Shown here: positions 49,154-61,607 of the stretch, piece after piece
Numbering within the stretch: the stretch's first letter is position 1
How the letters are laid out: each line of letters opens with the position of its first letter
From: Fistulifera solaris
Lineage: Eukaryota
Length of the DNA stretch: 64,000 bases
Direction: 5' to 3'
NCBI GenBank assembly: GCA_030295235.1
Contig: AP026135.1
Span: 930,001-994,000 of the forward strand
Made by a program: the position numbers and the translations under genes
Notes under the pieces: model-generated
Databases searched by the model: none
Told to the model about the DNA's origin: nothing
Seen by the model: only the letters and a program-made list of their open reading frames with translations

Positions 49154-50506
49154 ATGGATAATAAAGCAATCACGCAGCGGTTGATTTCGTTTTGAAAAGA
49201 GTGATTTCTTGAAGAAAACATTCATCTGCGTGGAAAGACGATAGGAACGGTCCACCAGAAGCAAACTATGCAGCAGCAAAGTCTGGAGAAAGAGAGAGAA
49301 CTTCGACCGACCGAAGTCTCTCCCGTTCGGTCGGATCCCCTCATCGATTCTCTGATACAATTGGAAAGTGCTCTTCAGGTTGAAATGACACGGAGATCGG
49401 TAGAAGCTCTTTCTCTTAAATCTGTCGTTACTCTTGTGAAAAACAGTCTACCAGACAAGGGAGTGAGTGAGCAGATGTTGCACCGGTTTTTTTGTATTGC
49501 GTGCCCGCGTCTTTACCAAGTAGCGAAAGATACTCGGGGAGAATGGCAAGTGAACTCTGTCAAATGCGATGCAACTCGCGTCACAGTTCTGTTAGATCTT
49601 GCCAAGAAGCTTTCGGATACCGTAGATCCTGATCCTGTCATCCTCCAAGCACTGAGCGAAACGCAAGCATCGACGGTCGCAATGCCGCTTCCATTAAATA
49701 CAATTCGCAAAAAAAACACTTTTGGATTTGTTGCATCCTTCCCATATGCGAGTCGAAGGATCAACCGTCGAGGAGAGAGTCCGGGCAAGGGCTATGCTGA
49801 AAGAGGCGCAGAATCAACAATACAAGAGTGAAGAAAAGGGCAACGAAACGAAGGAAAAGGAAAAATGGTGTGTTCGGATTTCGGATGTTCTTCAAACATA
49901 TGCGAGTACCACGGTTCGTCGCCAAGCGAAATTTCATCCCACAGAGAAGTGCTGTATGACTTTGATGGACGCCGTAGCTCGTGTACAAGTCCAGGTGTCG
50001 TTATCGAAGCGTCAAATAGTTGATTACCTGTTGGAAATCGGTACCACTGTTCCTGAGTGGATCGTCATGGACATCAAGAGTAATGAGAACATATCCAAGA
50101 TGACGTCTGTTTGGTTGACTCCTTCTTTGTATGCAAGTGTCCGTCATAAGCTGACACGTGATGTTGCACCGGCGAAGCCTCTATTTGCACAATCGAAAAC
50201 ACTATTTCCTGCAATCAGTAAGGCTCGCCTAGAGACTGTTGCATCTGATAAACCAAGTCCTCCAAAATCACTACTCGAGAACAAACCCGTGGAGCAATCC
50301 ACCCAGTCGACTACTAAGCGCGCTTCACCCGAACTCACCAAACCTGTATCTCACAAAAACAGCGGACCACGCTGCGCATCAATTCCAATTTAATCTGGTC
50401 CGATGCCGATTATGACGGCGGAGAAGCGATACCGCTCACATCGTTTGATAGTCCGCGTGGATTGAAACGAATGTTCGATCAAATGAATGCGGGGCGAAGA
50501 ATCTAA
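49154..50506 (+). CDS. Cdt1-like replication licensing factor (several frameshifts)
   Basis: TVEERVRARA...RISDVL...LSKRQIVDYLLEIGTTVPEWI resembles the Cdt1 C-terminal winged helix. Reading continues in another frame to ...DSPRGLKRMFDQMNAGRRI*. Start uncertain. Confidence 0.55.
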
Positions 50507-50585
50507 GGTTAACAATTGTTTTTTACAATCCATAAAGAATACTCCGTACTACAATTACTTTAATGCGTTTTCATTCAGAGGTTTG

Positions 50586-51713
50586 CTATTGACTCGTTCT
50601 AATACGGGTGTCAATCAGCGACAAATGAGCCGCTTGAACAGCTCCGAGTATTTGCTCGTACGTCAAAAAAGTAAAAGCCGCTAATAACCAAAGAGAATTG
50701 AGACTATGTTTGAAAAAGGGAAGTCGAGCGAAAAGAAGGTTGCAGTGCAACCTAAAAAACGTACCTGTGAGCACCGTCTGCAGCATTTTGGCTCGCATCC
50801 CCACATACCATCCGGGTAAACCTTCTTTCTTGTACAATTGAATGAAACAATCCATGAGACTGCTGTATTTTTGTCGGTGCAATCGCATCACGGCCTGCGT
50901 CAACTGCAAGGGATAAGTCAGAATAGTCGCAACGGCCTTGGACACGGCGCCTGTCCAAAAGGCGCGCCATGGTCTTTGATGGGAAAGGCGCAAATGATCG
51001 TAAATAAAGAATTGAATGACTGGATTGGAGACCAACAATATCGACGATCCTGTTCCGGCCCAAAGCGGCTCCCACCCTTCCTCTTTGTAAATATTCCGTA
51101 GTTCCGTCCATAGTTGCTTGGTATCGTCGCGCGAAGTCATGATCCGTAAATTGGTGACCCACAGTGGATTTGTCACCAGCACGTTGCAGGTTCCGGCACA
51201 AAACAAAGACAATAACAAGCGCGCATTGCTCGATTCGGCTCTCCAAAATTGCTTCATCCATTGCGTGACGTAAAAGAAAACAAAATTGGATACGGCCAAA
51301 GTCGACACAATGGGACCCACCCCTCGGTATAGCTCATTTCTTAACCTCAGTTCGTTCAAACAATGTAGCAATTCGCCTTGTTTCATCGTGGAGGGCTTTT
51401 CTACTCCAGTCAATGCCGATGGAGAAGACGACTCACTGCTCACAGGTTGTTCTTCTGTCATGACGTAATTCCACGTTCCTCCTTCTCCCTCGAGAGTCGT
51501 ACTGAAAGCGTTATCGTCTTGCATCGATACTTCGCCCGACTTTTCCAGGGATTTTTCTTTGGATGGCAATGGCTCGTGACCGCCGGCTCTGTACTGCAAT
51601 TCGATTTTCGCTCGTTCGAGAGGATACAACAGCAAAAGCGCCGAAGCACTTCCCAACGACCCGCCGATCGCGTGCACAAAAGCAGGCATGGCGGCAGTAT
51701 CGATTTGTACCAT
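50586..51713 (-). CDS. Mitochondrial-carrier-family protein, peroxisomal PMP34/SLC25A17-like
   Basis: HAIGGSLGS...YPLERAK, SNFVFFY, TNPLWVTNLR, LVSNPVIQF, TYPLQ, KMLQTVLTAAF; in-frame intron 50681-50764. Confidence 0.88.
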   Translation of the reverse strand: MVQIDTAAMPAFVHAIGGSLGSASALLLLYPLERAKIELQYRAGGHEPLPSKEKSLEKSGEVSMQDDNAFSTTLEGEGGTWNYVMTEEQPVSSESSSPSALTGVEKPSTMKQGELLHCLNELRLRNELYRGVGPIVSTLAVSNFVFFYVTQWMKQFWRAESSNARLLLSLFCAGTCNVLVTNPLWVTNLRIMTSRDDTKQLWTELRNIYKEEGWEPLWAGTGSSILLVSNPVIQFFIYDHLRLSHQRPWRAFWTGAVSKAVATILTYPLQLTQAVMRLHRQKYSSLMDCFIQLYKKEGLPGWYVGMRAKMLQTVLTGTFFRLHCNLLFARLPFFKHSLNSLWLLAAFTFLTYEQILGAVQAAHLSLIDTRIRTSQ

Positions 51714-52198
51714 GATAGTTGTAACTATCGGTGAATACAATGTAGTCCGTAATGAAAATGATCTGCAATGACAACAAGGTGACGAGCGATAATAGCGAGG
51801 GGCGCGGCCTCGAAGGAAAAAGGGCGTACCGGTACCCGGATATTGCGTATTCCCTCTTCATCATTACTTTTCAAGCAGACTTTGCACCAATTTAGCTTTG
51901 ACGCTTACCACCAAGTATAATGTATTCCCAAACAATGATCGACGTCGATTTAGAGCTCAAAAAGTAGAAAAGAGGAAACATGCAATGCTTCGAAAGTCTA
52001 CGTGAATTTTACGTAGCTGCCGTGGGAATTTTATCGATGTTGCTAATCAAAAAGCTTGTGTTCTTTGATCTCGCTCGTATTCGGGTCTATGGTTACCTAC
52101 GCCATTTTTCTCATTCTAGCACACGAAAACGCGCCCCCACAATTACTCTGCGGATTATGACTACAATCAAATCGTAGAAAGGGCGAAATGATGCAATG

Positions 52199-52442
52199 CC
52201 AGAATTTCTGGACCACCCCAGATTTTCTGTATGAATGAAATGCAACTGGTCCAGATATTCTGGACCACCCCAGATTTTCTGTATGAATGAAATGCAACTG
52301 GTCCAGAATTTCTGGACCACCCCAGATTTTCTGTATGAATGAAATGCAACTGGTCCAGAATTTCTGGACCACCCCAGATTTTCTGTATGAATGAAATGCA
52401 ACTGGTCTAGAATTTCTGGACCACCCCAGATTTTCTGTATGA
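52199..52442. repeat. 52-bp tandem minisatellite (4.7 units) with internal 21-bp palindrome
   Basis: Unit CCAGAATTTCTGGACCACCCCAGATTTTCTGTATGAATGAAATGCAACTGGT starting at 52199, 52251, 52303, 52355 and 52407. Confidence 0.97.
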
Positions 52443-52549
52443 TCTCATTCTTGTTCCTGCTACTCTGCTAAAAAGCTGAATTATTGCTTGCGCTAGTCTA
52501 CCTTTCATATTCATTTCGAAACCCTTTGGGACGACTACTGAATGTAACA

Positions 52550-53707
52550 ATGATATCTTATCAACTTACCCAACTCATGTTGTTCTGGGGTATAGCACCG
52601 GTCGTGGGACTTTCCAGCTCAACGACCACCAACACGTGTCCTAATTCTTCTTTAACTCATTTGAATGTTTCGCTGCTCCGCGAGCGCATTGCCGCGGGTC
52701 GCGTCTATCAACAACCAAATTTCTTTTCCAAACAACAAATTGATGATATATTAGCAGAAATATATCTATTGAAGCAAGATGGTGTGTTTGCTCCTTCGGG
52801 TTTGTCCAATACCGCCCGTGGCTCGCAGCAGGCATTCGGCAGTCAAGATCGAAGTGTCTGCGTAGTGCCGTGGTGGAGCGAGATGTTGCTGCAAAACAAC
52901 CATACGGTGAGTCCAGTTTCCATGCTACTTCAGCAACTAAGATTGCAGTTGGCAGATGTTCTGGATCGACCCACCATGAGTGACCCAACCTTGGCGCACG
53001 AATGTTATTATTCTTGGTCGGGGAAGGGATCGTTCTTGCCGCGACACATGGATGAAAGACACGAAGAACTCAAGGGACCCAAAGGATGGTTGTTACCAAG
53101 TCGGAGATCTTTGTCATGGTTGGTTTATCTTTCGGATGAGAACTGGACTTTGGAACAAAATGGAGGTGCCTTGCGATCCTTTCCACAACAGACGCCACCC
53201 AAACAGTCTCCGCAACATGATGGCAATTTACAAGTGGGCTGGCTGTTGCGACAACAAAAAGCCGTCTATTTGAACAGTTGGTACCTTCTTTCAGGATTCA
53301 ATGAACCGCATTGCATTTTATACACTGTAAATAAAGGAAATGAAAAACGCTATCTGACCAGACCCTGGTTGGCCGAGCTGCTGCAAGGAACATCCGTGGC
53401 AGAATTTCTAGGTCGCATGAGGGATCAAGATTCCTCAGGATTACAAACGACAACACTGTTTTTAGATCCAGAGGATGCACGAGACTTCGCGTTGCTGGAA
53501 AATCGATCAGCGTGGGATCGCGGAGAGCTGCCGGAAGGTTCTGTCGTCGAAGACATTTGCCCGACGCGAAATTTGTTAGTAGTCTTTGATTCGGTGATGT
53601 TGCCGCATCAAGTAGAAGTAATTAAGGAAGGGAATCGAATTGCGCTTGCGGGTTGGTTCCACGAACAAACACAGGAGTTTCCTGTCGACTTATTTGCACA
53701 AACATAA
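52550..53707 (+). CDS. 2OG-Fe(II) oxygenase (PHD/EGLN-like) with signal peptide
   Basis: YYSW...FLPRHMD, RRSLSWLVYL..W....GGALR, LVVFDS..LPHQV...RIALAGWFH. Confidence 0.85.
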   Translation: MISYQLTQLMLFWGIAPVVGLSSSTTTNTCPNSSLTHLNVSLLRERIAAGRVYQQPNFFSKQQIDDILAEIYLLKQDGVFAPSGLSNTARGSQQAFGSQDRSVCVVPWWSEMLLQNNHTVSPVSMLLQQLRLQLADVLDRPTMSDPTLAHECYYSWSGKGSFLPRHMDERHEELKGPKGWLLPSRRSLSWLVYLSDENWTLEQNGGALRSFPQQTPPKQSPQHDGNLQVGWLLRQQKAVYLNSWYLLSGFNEPHCILYTVNKGNEKRYLTRPWLAELLQGTSVAEFLGRMRDQDSSGLQTTTLFLDPEDARDFALLENRSAWDRGELPEGSVVEDICPTRNLLVVFDSVMLPHQVEVIKEGNRIALAGWFHEQTQEFPVDLFAQT

Positions 53708-53820
53708 CAGTTATTATTATTCCTTACACAATATTTTTAATAGCGATGAAAATTGCCGCAGAATGAAGATGTCGAGTTTCATTAAAGGTTACACAACGAA
53801 AGACGATCCTGCTCTCATTT

Positions 53821-56437
53821 TCAAACCGCGCACCGTGTTATGCTTTCTTCCATTTTCTTCAAGCGTTGTGTAAGGTTTTCGACCTCGGATCTTAGGGACG
53901 CATTTCGGTCTCTTAACACTTGTGCGGACTTGGATGAAGACTTGTCTGTAAGAATTGAGTCAAGCCGTTCATGCAGCGACCTTCTCTCCTTCTGAATTTC
54001 TCGAATCTTATCCCGAAGCCTTGTGTTTTCTTGTTTCAAAGGATCGACATCTGTCACCGGACTCTGGATACTTCGTTTTATTGCTTGCAATTCATCTTCG
54101 AGCTCATTGATACGATCTCTTTGCACTAAGACTGCTTCCTCTTCGCGTATCTTCTCCTCGAGTTTCATTTTGAGCGAATCGATTTCATGCTGCTGGGCTG
54201 AAGCACGGGCAGATGTTTCCATCAGTTGCTCTTTCAACGCTTCTATTTCATTCTTGGAAGAAATAGAAATGCCGTTTACTTGGTAAGATAATTCGACACG
54301 CTCAACTTCTAGACGTTGAACATCTAATTTCTGAGCCTCCATCGTCTTTTGAAGCTCACAGATCTGCTTTTCTTTCTCCTCTAACTCCGCTTCGGCTGAC
54401 GACTCGATGACTTCTATCTCGCATTCCAATTCTCGAATTCGGCTTGATGTTTGAACCTCAATTTGTGCCTTTTTCCACCGAAAGCTCCGAAACGAGCTTT
54501 CTGAGTTCCCTTGTTTGCGTTACGTCGCTACTCGATGATGTGGCAAGAGCTTGTTTCAGGTCTGTAATTAAATTTTCCAGCTGATCGATTTTTGTTATCG
54601 CATCATGTAACTCGGGCTGCATGGTTTTGACCTGTTCTCGGAGTCTAATGAGTTCCTCCTCGTTATCTTCATTCCTTTGAAGCCGCGTATGCTGTGTAGC
54701 AAGATGCCCCCTAAGCTGCTCAATTTCTTTCTTTGCGTCCGCGTTACGTTTATCGGATTCCTGTATAACCTGAAACAGTTTATTGTTCAATCCATCACGT
54801 TCGTGCTCTAAATCTCTGACCCGCAACCGCAACTGAGATGCTTCTAGCTTCAGATTCTCATGCTGTTCGGACTTTGTGCGCTCGGTTTGACTAATCAATG
54901 GCTTTGCAACTTCGAGATCCTTGCATCTCGATTGCAGGTTTTCAATCTCATTCACGAGCTCTTGTGCCTTTTGCCTGTGGTCAGCTCGTGTCGACAATAG
55001 CTCGTCTGTGATCTCTTCCAGTTCGCGTCGCAGGTCATCGACCTGTTTAGTTTCGCCTCCTAATTGCTGCTGTAAATCGAAGACCGATTGTTTTTGTGCT
55101 ATCAACTCCTGCTCCAAGTCCGAAATGTTGCAATGAATTGGAAGCTGATCGGATGGAATCTTGAACGTTTTTCGTGTGTCATCTTCGCACTGATGGTCAT
55201 TCTCTAAGCCGATATTAGTTGGAGACTTTGGAGCAACGATTCGTCGCTCGAATGATGCAACAAGCCCGGATATGGCTCCTTTTCCTTTAGGGGTTGTTGA
55301 CCTTGGAGGTGAGAGACCATTTCTTCGTAACGCTTTGTTCTCATTTTGAAGCAGCTTCAGTTCTTCTCCATGGTTTTTCACGTTTTGAGTGAGCTTGTTT
55401 TTTTCAAAAGAGTTGTCGCGTTGTTCTTGATTGCTTTCTTTGTTCAGTTTTCGGAGCTCTTTGTTTGCTTGTCTTTCGTCTGACAGCGAACGGTGTAACT
55501 GCTCGATCTTTTGATCTCGTTCCGCTAACAATCGCTGAAGTCGTTCTTCCAATTGCGCGACGGCATCTTCCAGTTGTTGGCGCTCATCTGATGATAATTC
55601 TGACTTTCCATCTCTTGTTTCGTTCACGCTTACCGATCCACTCTTTTGCAGTTGTTTTCGGAGGTCGCTTACTTCATTGAGGAGCATATCCTTGTGCTCT
55701 TCAACTTTCGTAAGGTTGCCGTTCAGTACTGTAAGCTCCTCGTCCTTCCTCTTAAGATCTCTTTGTAACTCGTCCATTGTTTGTTTTTGATGTGTCACTT
55801 GCTGTTCTGATCTTTCTAACTTTGATTTCAATACAGCTAGCTGGCCGGATGGTTGCTCTTTCCGGCGATCCGATCTAAGTTGAGTGAGCTCATGTTGCAA
55901 TGACTCCTTTTCTACCACGGTTTCAACAAGCTTTTCGTGCAAAGCATCCATTTCACGTCGAATCTCCATTACTTCGATGTCTGCTTGAACTATGTTTTGT
56001 TGCATCTTTTCCAGTTCCAAAGCGTGCTGTTTGCATTCTTCCTCCAGTAGCTCCATGTAATCTTTGGATTTATCCTGATCCTCCAGCTCGGCAATTTTTG
56101 CGTGCAATTCATGATTCTTGTCCTCGCTTTCTTTCAGTTTGATTCGAAGTGCTTCCAGTGCAGCGCCATTCTCGGCTGCCATACTCGCAATTTGGTTCAT
56201 GAAATGCTTCTCTTGGTCGGCTTTCTCTTGCTCAATCCGATACAACTCTTTGCGCATGATACTTGCTGCCGCATCAATGTCGAAAACACTGGACACAGTA
56301 CTTCGACTGTCGTCTTCGAGTTCTTTCAACTTGTTTCGTAGCATTGATATTTCGTTCAAAAGAGTGCTGGTCGAATAGGCCATTGGTTTCGCTGGTTCTA
56401 TGGCGATTGTCGGCACATCTTCACGCTGTTCACTCAT
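53821..56437 (-). CDS. Long coiled-coil protein (frameshift near 54470)
   Basis: 659-aa and 202-aa adjacent ORFs with continuous E/K/Q/L heptad composition. Confidence 0.75.
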
Positions 56438-56952
56438 TGTTGCGTCTGAGGTATCGGAATATTGAAATTGATTGACTTTGAAGCAGCGAACTCAAGGCAA
56501 ACTCTTCCGCACCTAGTTCTCTCACAAAGTCGAAGTTTGTTGTCGATGATGTGATCGAAAAGGTGATCGGCACCAAGTGTCCGACGCGGTTAAGCGGCAA
56601 ATTTCTGCCATTCTACCAGGCTTTACAGTTATACATCGTCGTATGTTTCATTAAACTGTCTACTATCAATCAATTTGGTCAAGCTCTAAATAAATAATCA
56701 AGACTTATTAGTTGGAACCTGTTTGTTTCTTACACGTTTGTTATCAACCGCTACTGAAAACCTAAGGTACAGTTTACAGTCACTGATGAACTCGCCCTGC
56801 GCCGCGCATGTGTAAGATGAAAGTGTCCGCGCGCCATTTCTTGATGTCCTTACGGTATCAGCACGCCATTGATGTTTCTCGCTTCGCCCTCCGGACTCCG
56901 CACAAAGCGCGGTGCCGCATTTTTGTTCAACACAACCAACCGGCAATTCACC

Positions 56953-57765
56953 ATGGCTGACCTTTACAATCTCCTCGATCAGCTCGATCATGACGAACAG
57001 GAGGAAGAAATTATTCAAGAGGAACAAGAATGGGAAGCGCCTGTCGAAACCGCGGTGCTTCCTGCGGATTTAATTGATGCACAGAAGAGGCAACTCGCTG
57101 ACAATGACACAAATGAGGACGCAAAAGAAGTCCTCGAGGAAGATTCTCCCTACTTACGTTTACGGAATGTTTGGTCGCAAGAAGTCAATGCACCCGAGCT
57201 TCTTCCTTTTGATGAGGATGTATTTCAATCGATCATTGAGTTGATCGAAGATTGGGAACAAGCTGTCGACCAATGCGAGGACAACCCTGTTTCAGCATTG
57301 ATGGCTAGTATAACGAGCGTGCAAATCGAACGAGCCAAGTATGTTCTTTGCGACTGGCTAGCAACGCGCCTCAGAAAAATGGAGGAGTACCCTTTTATAT
57401 TCGCGACTACAAGGCTGATTGCCTGAGTCAAACGGAGGTACGATACAAGAACTATTCTTACTTTATTCTACTCCCTTCGCCCGATCGCTCATATCTCTTG
57501 GTTGCAGCTATCTCACATTCAAGCATACTGTAATTTAGTGCAGAAACATTTGAGTCGAACCGTTCTAGACCATTTTCCTCAGGAAGCATGGAAAGAACTT
57601 CCGGTCGAAGAGCCTAACTTCGATTATACGTACGTCTTTGTCAAATGCCTGGCACCGACAACTATTGATAAGGATCCACTGGAACGAGGAGATTCGCTGA
57701 TTATTCACTATAGCAAAATCAGAGACTCGCTTCGGGATGGAGATTTACAGATACTTGCATCTTGA
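56953..57765 (+). CDS. SLD5: GINS complex subunit Sld5
   Basis: LRNVWSQEVNAPELLPF, ERAKYVLCDWLATRLRKME, LSQTE, VLDHFP, EPNFDYTYVF. Intron 57438-57507; frameshift near 57393. Confidence 0.9.
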
Positions 57766-57986
57766 GGTTCTTCGACAATGATAGGAAGCGATGCATAAAT
57801 CTTACAAAAGAAAATTATCCCAGAATTTATCAGTCAGTACATTTGCCTTTCTAGTAATCGCTAGCAATCGTATACTACAACCAGCAATTTGTTGCTTTAG
57901 GTTACGTGTTAAGACATGACGATGAACCCCAGTAACTATCTTCTTTAGGCTGATGTTGCTTCACTCGCTGGGTGCGCGCAACTGAC

Positions 57987-58886
57987 TTACTTCAGATCTT
58001 CTGTATACTCTTGCATCAAGCACTGCACAGCTGCGTGCATACTCGTTCCGTTATAAGTCTGAATCACTTGTTCCGCACCAAATTTGACCAATTCTTTTGC
58101 CACCTGCACTTCAAACTCGTCTACTTGTTGCTTCCTACTGGCGCTACTGGCAGCCTCCAAATAAGCGTTCGCCGCGACCACCAAACCGAATTGCGCTCTC
58201 CGATACGAGGCATCCAACTCGAGCGCTTGACAAAAGTGTTTCCGGGCTTGTTCCAAGTTATCGAGACCGCCCACGGTAGTGTAACATTCGGCGATAGAAA
58301 CATGGACAAAAGGATCAGTGGGAGCCGACAACAAAACTTCTTCCCAGGCATAGATAGCCTTGGCGAAATCACCTTGCTCCATGCGGAGCTTAGCCATTTC
58401 CGACCAAGCGGAAGGATCCGAATAATTGTTTTGTAAATACTCATTCAAAGCAGCAACAGTCGCAACTTCTTGCCCCACTTGACTCTTCAGTATGCAGTAC
58501 TTGCGCTTCAGAGCGACCGAGTTTGCTGGGTTTTCTTTCAATAAGGCATCATATAGTTGAGAAGCCCCCGCCGTATCCCCAGATGCCTCAAGACATCGCC
58601 CTAACAACAGACGGAAGCGCACGGAATCTTTCTCAACTCCCTTTTCTCTCAGTTTCGACAAACATTCATCCGCAAGCGTATGATCCTGGAGATCCAGAGC
58701 AGCCAGAGCGAGTTGCTCGTAAATTGCTAGTCGCGTGACATCATTGAGCGATCGTTGTTTCAGCGCGGCTTGTCCGTGACGGACGGCCAGCGACGGATCG
58801 CGCAATTGATGTACGCGAAGGTAGCGAAGGACGTTCACGTGGTCCTTTTGTGCCACCAGCGTTTCTAAATCAGCCTCTGTGTCCAT
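57987..58886 (-). CDS. EMC2: ER membrane protein complex subunit 2 (TPR)
   Basis: IYEQLALAALD, SVRF..L.G..LEA.G....A...YD.LL..NP.N.VA.KRK, LNEYL..N..D..AW.E, WEEVLL.AP. Confidence 0.9.
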   Translation of the reverse strand: MDTEADLETLVAQKDHVNVLRYLRVHQLRDPSLAVRHGQAALKQRSLNDVTRLAIYEQLALAALDLQDHTLADECLSKLREKGVEKDSVRFRLLLGRCLEASGDTAGASQLYDALLKENPANSVALKRKYCILKSQVGQEVATVAALNEYLQNNYSDPSAWSEMAKLRMEQGDFAKAIYAWEEVLLSAPTDPFVHVSIAECYTTVGGLDNLEQARKHFCQALELDASYRRAQFGLVVAANAYLEAASSASRKQQVDEFEVQVAKELVKFGAEQVIQTYNGTSMHAAVQCLMQEYTEDLK

Positions 58887-59455
58887 AATTGCGGTTAATT
58901 GTACAGGAAAGGATTGCTTTTCCCACTTTAATGCAACCGCATGATCGTTTTGCGACGATATGATAGGCAAAGATGTCGCGTTTTTTGTCGCGGTCGCATC
59001 GTTGGTTGTTGCTCCGGAAGTTGGCCAGACGGACGTCTCATCTTTCTCTTTCCGCCGCCCGGGACTGGTTTTGGGTTGAGTCGGACTTTCGAGAACCCAT
59101 AGAAAAGACGGTGTGATTTTCCGAAATGCTGTAGGTGCACTTCACTCCATGAATCTAAATGGCAACTCGACCAGCATTAGTACAAAATCATCAAGAGCAA
59201 CAGCTTTGATTTGACGGTGATTTTAAGGTGAATTGTTGGACAAACATGCACTCAGTGTGATGTAAAGAGAAGAATGCTTCAGTATGGTCAATAAAATCCG
59301 TGACTGGATTTGGGTTGATTCGGACTTTGGTCGACCTTATACTGGTAATCAATTTCTAGGAGTCTCTGCAGCTGATTATTCGAATCTCTAGTCAGTTTAA
59401 ACTATGAAAACCAGTCCTCTTGCCGGTTTCACTACAATTTCAGCATCGTTAGTCT

Positions 59456-60553
59456 TCATTGCATTTCTTCGATAAACTCGAAGGCCGAAAAAAGAGAAAG
59501 TGTGTTGTTTGGAAGACCCTGATGGGATTGTTGAAAAGCTTCCCAATCTTCCAAAAACAGTTCGTAATTTAGCTGTTCGCGCTCCTCCGGTGTGAACAAA
59601 ATTCTGTATGCTTCCGGTAAGGAAACATACTGACGTCCGGCAAAGTCTTGTTCGATTTGTGACCGCCGTTGCGGGGTCAAAATTGGATCGTGTATTTGGT
59701 ACCAGACGTCAGTGATTCGAAGAATGTGCTCATATATTGCTTCGGGATCGAGTCGATTCGAAGGCAACGCTAAATGGTTCGAACTCTGTTTGCGACAAAG
59801 AAAGACATTCACTGATTTGCGATATTGTTCATCGGGTTGAAACGTTCCAGTCGACCATACCGGTGATGGTTGGCACGTCTCTTCCGCACATGGAGGTGAT
59901 GGTATAGTGTCCACCGGTTGGTGAAAGTGATCGGTACTTATGTTTTGTGCATTAGGACTTAAATCTTCCATTTGGCGAAACATAACAAAATGATCCACGC
60001 ACCAATCCGCACCCGGCAAGTCGCGCAACAATGGCAACATGAGCTCTTTGTTATGAAAGGAAACTACCAAGTAAACTCCATTTGGTCCCAACAAGCGATA
60101 CATTTCGACCAGTAGAGCGGCCGAACTGCGATCAGCGCATAAAGTGCAGTCGAGCGTCGACTTGTCTACCACCAAATCGAAGCTTCCATCCTCCGCATTA
60201 ACTTGTTCTATGCAGAAATCGACGCATTGAAAAGTCATTTTGTCGTTATATCGTGGTCCTGAACAGTGATCTGAGGTTACTTGTTGCCGTTGCCATCGTC
60301 GCCTCAGTTGATTAAGTAACTCCATGTCTCGATCAATATTCAGTACACTCTGCACTCGAAATTTTCGAATCAGATACTCGCCTACTGTAGAGTTCCCGCA
60401 TCCGACGTGCAAGACGCGCTTTGAAGAAGGTTTATGGGAACCATCGCCATGCAGCGCTTTTTTCCAGGAAGGGGTGCAACGATTCGGCACTCGTCAAAAT
60501 TCAAACGGACGCACGTGGTCGTCCTCCTCTTCTCGTTGCACTTCGCAATCCAT
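59456..60553 (-). CDS. Class I SAM-dependent protein methyltransferase (METTL12/METTL13/EEF1AKMT4-like)
   Basis: VLHVGCGNS and FDLVVDKSTLDC. The N-terminus MDCEVQ...PFEFLTSAESLHPFLEK is restored by two compensating homopolymer indels. Confidence 0.82.
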
Positions 60554-60754
60554 CAAAGCGATAAACTTTCCCGAAAAAGTGAAAGGCAACGGATTGTTAG
60601 CAGTTAGAAGCCATACCAGGTAAAAAAAGAAAAGTGGCGCAACAGTGCGTGCACCGAAAACCGCAAACCATTATTTGTTATCTCTGGTCTCGACTATGGC
60701 CCAGAATGTAAGGGACCTTTATCACGGATCACGACTGCTAGAGAGAGGCAGCTT

Positions 60755-60939
60755 TACTATTTAATTTTATTCCCTAATTTCCTAAAGTCAGAATGCAATT
60801 TTGACATTCGGACTGATTTTTCCGTTGTTCTTCTTTATTTTCTTGCAAATGGCCCCGTGATGGTGCTGAGTAAGAATTAGCTACTGGAGTACTTACAAAG
60901 TAGTGCTAGTAGTGCTAGTAGTAAAGGGCGAGTCCTGAA
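60755..60939 (-). mobile_element. 5'-truncated copy of the CRE-like non-LTR family
   Basis: Minus strand encodes SGLALYY* (compare GSGLALY* near 315-340), followed by the same 3' UTR hairpin block. Confidence 0.75.
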
Positions 60940-61607
60940 CACGACTGCATTTCTGTCTTGCGTGAGTCATTAAAAAATTTTCTTAAAGCTTGCCAAGTTC
61001 ACAGCCTAAGGTTATAAAAACTCCACATAATTATAGTTGTCCATGGGAATGTTAGTAAGGTAATAAACTTTTTTGTCGCACGACTGCTAAACGATCATAA
61101 GCCTTTACTCTTCTGGAGAAAAATTTATTGAAGTCAACCCAATGTCGCGATAGCTGTTTCAACAAACATCGGGCAGGGTCAAACATAGCGCAACTTTGTT
61201 TATGCCTCATGTTTTCCGTGCTTGTTTCTAAGCATTGTTATGCCTCTGCTCCGATTAATGAAAAACAGGAAGGCACATAAATTATTTTTTAAAGAAACAT
61301 GGAGGCGAAAGCACGGAACGAGGGATGGCTGGGGAGAGGAACTGAAGCCCTCTTCAATCTTCCAAACAAGCCAAAATGGACCAAGTCGAGTGACAACGAA
61401 TGCAGCACACCGTCCCATCGCATGCACAATGAATGGCTAATTGGTCCTGAGGCGTCAACCAATGCGAAACATCAAGGAGAAACCGCGTTCCTTCGAGTCT
61501 GTGGAAAGCCAACGAAAGAACCGATCAAAATTGAAGGATACAATTCTAGTATTAAGAATAACCCGTTCTTGAAAGGAGAGAAGCAAAGCCCTATGGATTA
61601 GTCGACC

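Noticed and set aside
52097..52401. Repetitive minus-strand ORFs
   Set aside because: Translations of the 52-bp satellite.
52199..52442. CRISPR-like array of palindromic repeats
   Set aside because: The intervening sequences are identical rather than unique spacers, there are no cas genes, and the context is eukaryotic.
49154..57765. Functional replication cluster (Cdt1-like plus Sld5)
   Set aside because: The two genes are separated by unrelated genes, and proximity is expected by chance in a compact genome.
60730..60948. CACGACTGC as a 9-bp TSD of the truncated LINE
   Set aside because: The word belongs to the dispersed dyad repeat and recurs at 61079, so it is not diagnostic.
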